Assembly (NCBI GenBank): GCA_965242865.1 | Contig: CBDETK010000013.1 | Span: 1,280,001 to 1,344,000 of the forward strand | Direction: 5' to 3' | DNA: 64,000 nucleotides | Origin: Candidatus Latescibacterota bacterium | GTDB taxonomy: Bacteria > Latescibacterota > UBA2968 > UBA8231 | Part shown: one piece after another, positions 60,627-64,000 of the stretch | Numbering within the stretch: position 1 is the stretch's first letter | Layout of the letters: each line of letters starts with the position of its first letter | Made by a program: the position numbers and the translations under genes | The notes under the pieces: generated by a model | The model's input: the letters and a program-made list of their open reading frames with translations, nothing else | The model's database searches: none | Told to the model about the DNA's origin: nothing

Positions 60627-61922
60627 TCAAAATACGGAGCGAAATGACCCAACGACGTCGAACTGTGGATTGATGACGTAGCGGCCCTGCCGGTCTATGA
60701 AACCCCACCTATCGCCGCTATATACCGCCACCACCGCCGCCAAGCCTTCCGAAAACGACTGAGCACCGTCGAATTGGGGCTCAACGACGTAGCGGCCTTG
60801 CCGGTCTATGAACCCATACTTGCCGACACCTGTCTCCCGATCGCCGATCCGTACCACCGCCAAGCCTTCCGAAAACGACTGAGCGTAGTCGAATTGTGGC
60901 TCAATGACATAAGTGCCCTGCGCGTCTATGAACCCCCACTGCCCTGTCCTCCAGTCGAGTGCCGTGGCCAAGCTCCGTACATCCGCCAAGCCTTCCCCCT
61001 CGTCGCCGATCTCTACACCCTCGCCAATCCCCATCGGCAGCCTCGTATCCAACGGATTAGAGGAATACACCCCAATCAGCCAAGCGTCCGTAATGTCGAT
61101 CGCGCCATCGCCGTTCACATCGCCGAGCGCAATAATGCCTCCATTGGGGAGCACGGTCGCGGGATTGGCAACGTACATGGCCACCAGCAGGGCGTCGAGC
61201 AAATCAACGTGGCCGCTGTTATCGACATCGCCCAAAATCCCCCGCTCCGTCTGCGCCGTCTTCCCGCTGCTCGCCAACCCCACCGGCTCAACCACCACTT
61301 CCACCGGCCCACCGCCCACCGCAAACGCCGCATCCACATAAGTCACCAAGCCCGTCCCTGAAACGACCAACCCATACACCGGAGCGTCCGCCGCCCCAGC
61401 CACCCGCACCGGCCCAGCCGCCGCACCCGCCGGCCCGTCCACCAGCACCATCCGCCGCGTCGTTGTCGCTCCTTCAGCCATCAGCCGATACACATACACC
61501 CCGGCGGCCACCCCATGCCCCGCCCCATCCCGCGCATCCCAACGCACCGCGTGGCCCCCCGCCGACTGCACCCCATCCACCAACGTCGCCACCCGCTGCC
61601 CCAACAGGTTGAACACCTCCAGCCGCACGTACCCATCCATCGCTAGCTTGTACGGAATCACGGTCCCCGGATTAAACGGATTCGGATAGTTCTGGCCCAG
61701 CCCAAACCCGTCCGGCAACGCCCCCAGCGCCAGCGCGAACCGCCCCGACGCATCCGCGGTCGCTCCGATCCACCGGCGCAAATCCGCCAAATCGAACAAC
61801 GCGACCTGCGCTCCGGCCGCCGGTTCCCCAGACGCCAGACGCACCTGCCCCTCAATCCCCGGCCCCGCGCTGGCCCCAACGCTCAACAGCAATCCAACGA
61901 ACCATGCGACGACGATCTGCAT
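60627..61922 (-). CDS. Exported modular protein: FlgD/T9SS-like Ig domain, dockerin-like domain, WG repeats
   Basis: Signal peptide; LGQNYPNPFNP; GDVDNSG..D and GDVNGDG..D; three (W/Y)GFID..G.YV..PQFD repeats. Confidence 0.85.
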   Translation of the reverse strand: MQIVVAWFVGLLLSVGASAGPGIEGQVRLASGEPAAGAQVALFDLADLRRWIGATADASGRFALALGALPDGFGLGQNYPNPFNPGTVIPYKLAMDGYVRLEVFNLLGQRVATLVDGVQSAGGHAVRWDARDGAGHGVAAGVYVYRLMAEGATTTRRMVLVDGPAGAAAGPVRVAGAADAPVYGLVVSGTGLVTYVDAAFAVGGGPVEVVVEPVGLASSGKTAQTERGILGDVDNSGHVDLLDALLVAMYVANPATVLPNGGIIALGDVNGDGAIDITDAWLIGVYSSNPLDTRLPMGIGEGVEIGDEGEGLADVRSLATALDWRTGQWGFIDAQGTYVIEPQFDYAQSFSEGLAVVRIGDRETGVGKYGFIDRQGRYVVEPQFDGAQSFSEGLAAVVAVYSGDRWGFIDRQGRYVINPQFDVVGSFRSVF

Positions 61923-62088
61923 AGCGATTACTCCTTTTCCGTAAGGTACACGATAGTAACGGCCCGCCTTCCACGGATCGAGGGCATCTTGCCCTCGTCG
62001 AGGGCGGGACGCCCTCGATCCCGGACGCATCGGGAATATCAGAAAAGGCATACGCAAAGTAAGTGTCGCGTACTTAGCCTTTTCCGTT

Positions 62089-62158
62089 CAGGACGCGACA
62101 TGGCGGTTTTACTGCGTGTATTTCGCCCCGGTAGTCCTTCCGCGCAAGCGGGAATCCA
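62089..62158 (+). repeat. Degenerate direct repeat with REP-like palindrome (right copy)
   Basis: 16-bp exact core at 62105-62120 equals 60497-60512; TTCCGCGCAAGCGGGAATCCA follows. Confidence 0.75.
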
Positions 62159-62159
62159 T

Positions 62160-63899
62160 TCATATATAGTACTGAGCTTCCCCATCCCGAGACCCCGGGG
62201 AATGCGGCACATTGAGCGGACACCGCGCCTTGTAGTCGGGATGGAGCCGCGCCCACAGGTAATCGAGCGCGTGTTGATTCCAGCGAAAAAAGTGGTCGCG
62301 GCCAATTTGCTCCATCAGCCCCGACCGCTCTAGCGCGTCGGTAAGCTGCCGTTTGGCCCGCGTAAAGTACAGGTCCAGCCCCACTTCGCGCAGGCGTTCC
62401 ACCACGTCGCGCAGGGCCTGTTCGCCCGAAGCGTCGATCCGGTTGATCCCGTCTGCATCGAGAATCAAGTACCGCAGTTCGGGCACTGAAGCGATCGTTT
62501 CGAGCACCTTATCCGCAAAATAACGGCTCGACCCAAAGTAAAGCTGGCCGTCAAAGCGCATAATCGCGATCTGCTGGTCCGGCCTCAAGCCGGCGTCGCT
62601 GCCGCGCATCGTCCCGTCGAGGTGCCGGGCGAGAAACACCACGCGGGGCCGCATGGTGCGGTAGAAGTTGAGCACGAGCGAGGCTCCCACCCCGAGGGCA
62701 ACCCCCAAGTGCAGGTCTGGCGCCAAGACCAGCGTGCCGACAAACGTCGCGACTCCAATCAACCCATCCTGTGCTCTAACGCGCCAAGCGGTCACTAGGG
62801 GTTGGATGCGCACCAAGCCGCACACCGCAGCGATGATGACCACCGCGAGCGTCGCTTGGGGCAGATAGTACAACAGCGGCGTGAGCCAGAGCAGAGTTGC
62901 GGCGATGACCAGCGACGCCACGACCGAGGCAAACCCCGTCCGCGCCCCGCTCTGATGGTTGACGGCCGACCGCGAGAACGAACCCGAAGTCGCATAGCTT
63001 TGGAAAAGCCCGCCGACCACGTTGGCCAGACCTTGGCCGATGAGCTCCTGATTGATGTCGAGATGCTGCCGCGTCCGCGCCGCCAAGGTCTTGGCAATGG
63101 CCATGGCCTCCATCAAGCCGAGCAAGGTCAAGGTCAAGGCCCCCACGAAAAGCTGCGACAGGATCTCCGCGTCTAAGTCCGGTGCGGCAAGCCGCGGCAA
63201 GCCGCGTGGGATCGCGCCGACCACTGCGCCGCTAAAACCGGCCAGCCAAGAAACGAGCGTAGTGACCACCAGCGTCGTCAACATGCTCGGCAGCTCCCAG
63301 CGCACGCGGCGCAAAACCAGCAGCAGCCCGCCGGCCAACGCGGCCATCCCCAACGTAGGCCAATGGACCGCCAGCAGCACATCGTCAACCACGCGGAGCG
63401 CGGCCAGCAGATGTCCCCCCGGTTGGGGCGCGACCCCAAACACCTTGTGTAGCTGGGAAATGGCGATGATAAGGGCCGCGGCATTGGTAAAGCCGACGAC
63501 CACCGGGCCGGACAGCAGGTCGATCAGCAAGCCCAACCGCAACGCACCCAAGGCGATTCGGATCAAACCGACGAGCAAGCCCAAAACCAGCGAATAGGCG
63601 ATGTATAGCTCGCTGCCCTCAAGGGCGAGCCCCTGCACGGTCGTCGCGCTGATGAGCGAAGCGATGGCCACCGGGCCGGTGGACAAATGCCGGGAAGAGC
63701 CAAAGAGCGCGGCCACGGCCGGCGGCAGAAAGGCCGCGTACAGCCCATAGACCGGCGGCAACCCGGCCAACTCGGCATAGGCCATGGCTTGGGGCACGAG
63801 GATCGTCGCCACGGTGAGGCCGGCGACCACATCGGCGCGCAGGATGCCCGGCTGGCCGAGTTCGGGCAGCCAGCGGATAAATGGCAAGAATCGCTTCAT
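62160..63899 (-). CDS. SulP family anion transporter with STAS domain
   Basis: DVVAGLTV..VPQAMAYA, GSSRHLSTGP, QELIGQG, GSFSRS, LYFGS. Confidence 0.93.
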   Translation of the reverse strand: MKRFLPFIRWLPELGQPGILRADVVAGLTVATILVPQAMAYAELAGLPPVYGLYAAFLPPAVAALFGSSRHLSTGPVAIASLISATTVQGLALEGSELYIAYSLVLGLLVGLIRIALGALRLGLLIDLLSGPVVVGFTNAAALIIAISQLHKVFGVAPQPGGHLLAALRVVDDVLLAVHWPTLGMAALAGGLLLVLRRVRWELPSMLTTLVVTTLVSWLAGFSGAVVGAIPRGLPRLAAPDLDAEILSQLFVGALTLTLLGLMEAMAIAKTLAARTRQHLDINQELIGQGLANVVGGLFQSYATSGSFSRSAVNHQSGARTGFASVVASLVIAATLLWLTPLLYYLPQATLAVVIIAAVCGLVRIQPLVTAWRVRAQDGLIGVATFVGTLVLAPDLHLGVALGVGASLVLNFYRTMRPRVVFLARHLDGTMRGSDAGLRPDQQIAIMRFDGQLYFGSSRYFADKVLETIASVPELRYLILDADGINRIDASGEQALRDVVERLREVGLDLYFTRAKRQLTDALERSGLMEQIGRDHFFRWNQHALDYLWARLHPDYKARCPLNVPHSPGSRDGEAQYYI

Positions 63900-64000
63900 C
63901 GGTTTGGTAGGGGCCGGTTGACAGCTAGTCGGCGGCCAGTGTACACTTAGCGCGTTATCACTTCAACAGGGGGAGGGCCGCATGGACCCACACGAGCAGC

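Overview
GC-rich bacterial chromosomal window. The gene repertoire (FlgD/T9SS-like plus dockerin exported protein, many Gfo/Idh/MocA and sugar-acid enzymes, many TA and RM modules) suggests a Latescibacterota/Gemmatimonadota-like, possibly host-associated lineage; this is inference only. The core backbone holds two glycan-modification clusters, groES-groEL behind a consensus sigma-54 promoter, a metal-uptake cluster (DUF2946-like uORF, His/Asp-tailed lipoprotein, TonB receptor, SO_0444-type permease, ZIP), indolepyruvate oxidoreductase, ispG, a sugar-acid operon, an FAD/FeS oxidoreductase, zapA and SulP. Many accessory defence or toxin units are interleaved: a TIR plus small membrane protein pair; a decaying DISARM-type drmD-drmMI pair joined to an OLD nuclease, UvrD and DUF6575 instead of drmABC; a DUF4258 / YgiT-HEPN / PIN-antitoxin / MazF ribonuclease cluster; a DUF4160-DUF2442 pair; an orphan methyltransferase; and a PLD-SNF2 helicase with a truncated type IIG RM gene beside an IS5 remnant. 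Several accessory units are bracketed by direct repeats that duplicate a host gene end or promoter, some carrying an ATTCCC-N8-GGGAAT palindrome, with no integrase in the window. No tRNA, rRNA or CRISPR array was recognised. All family calls are by motif recognition, not database search.
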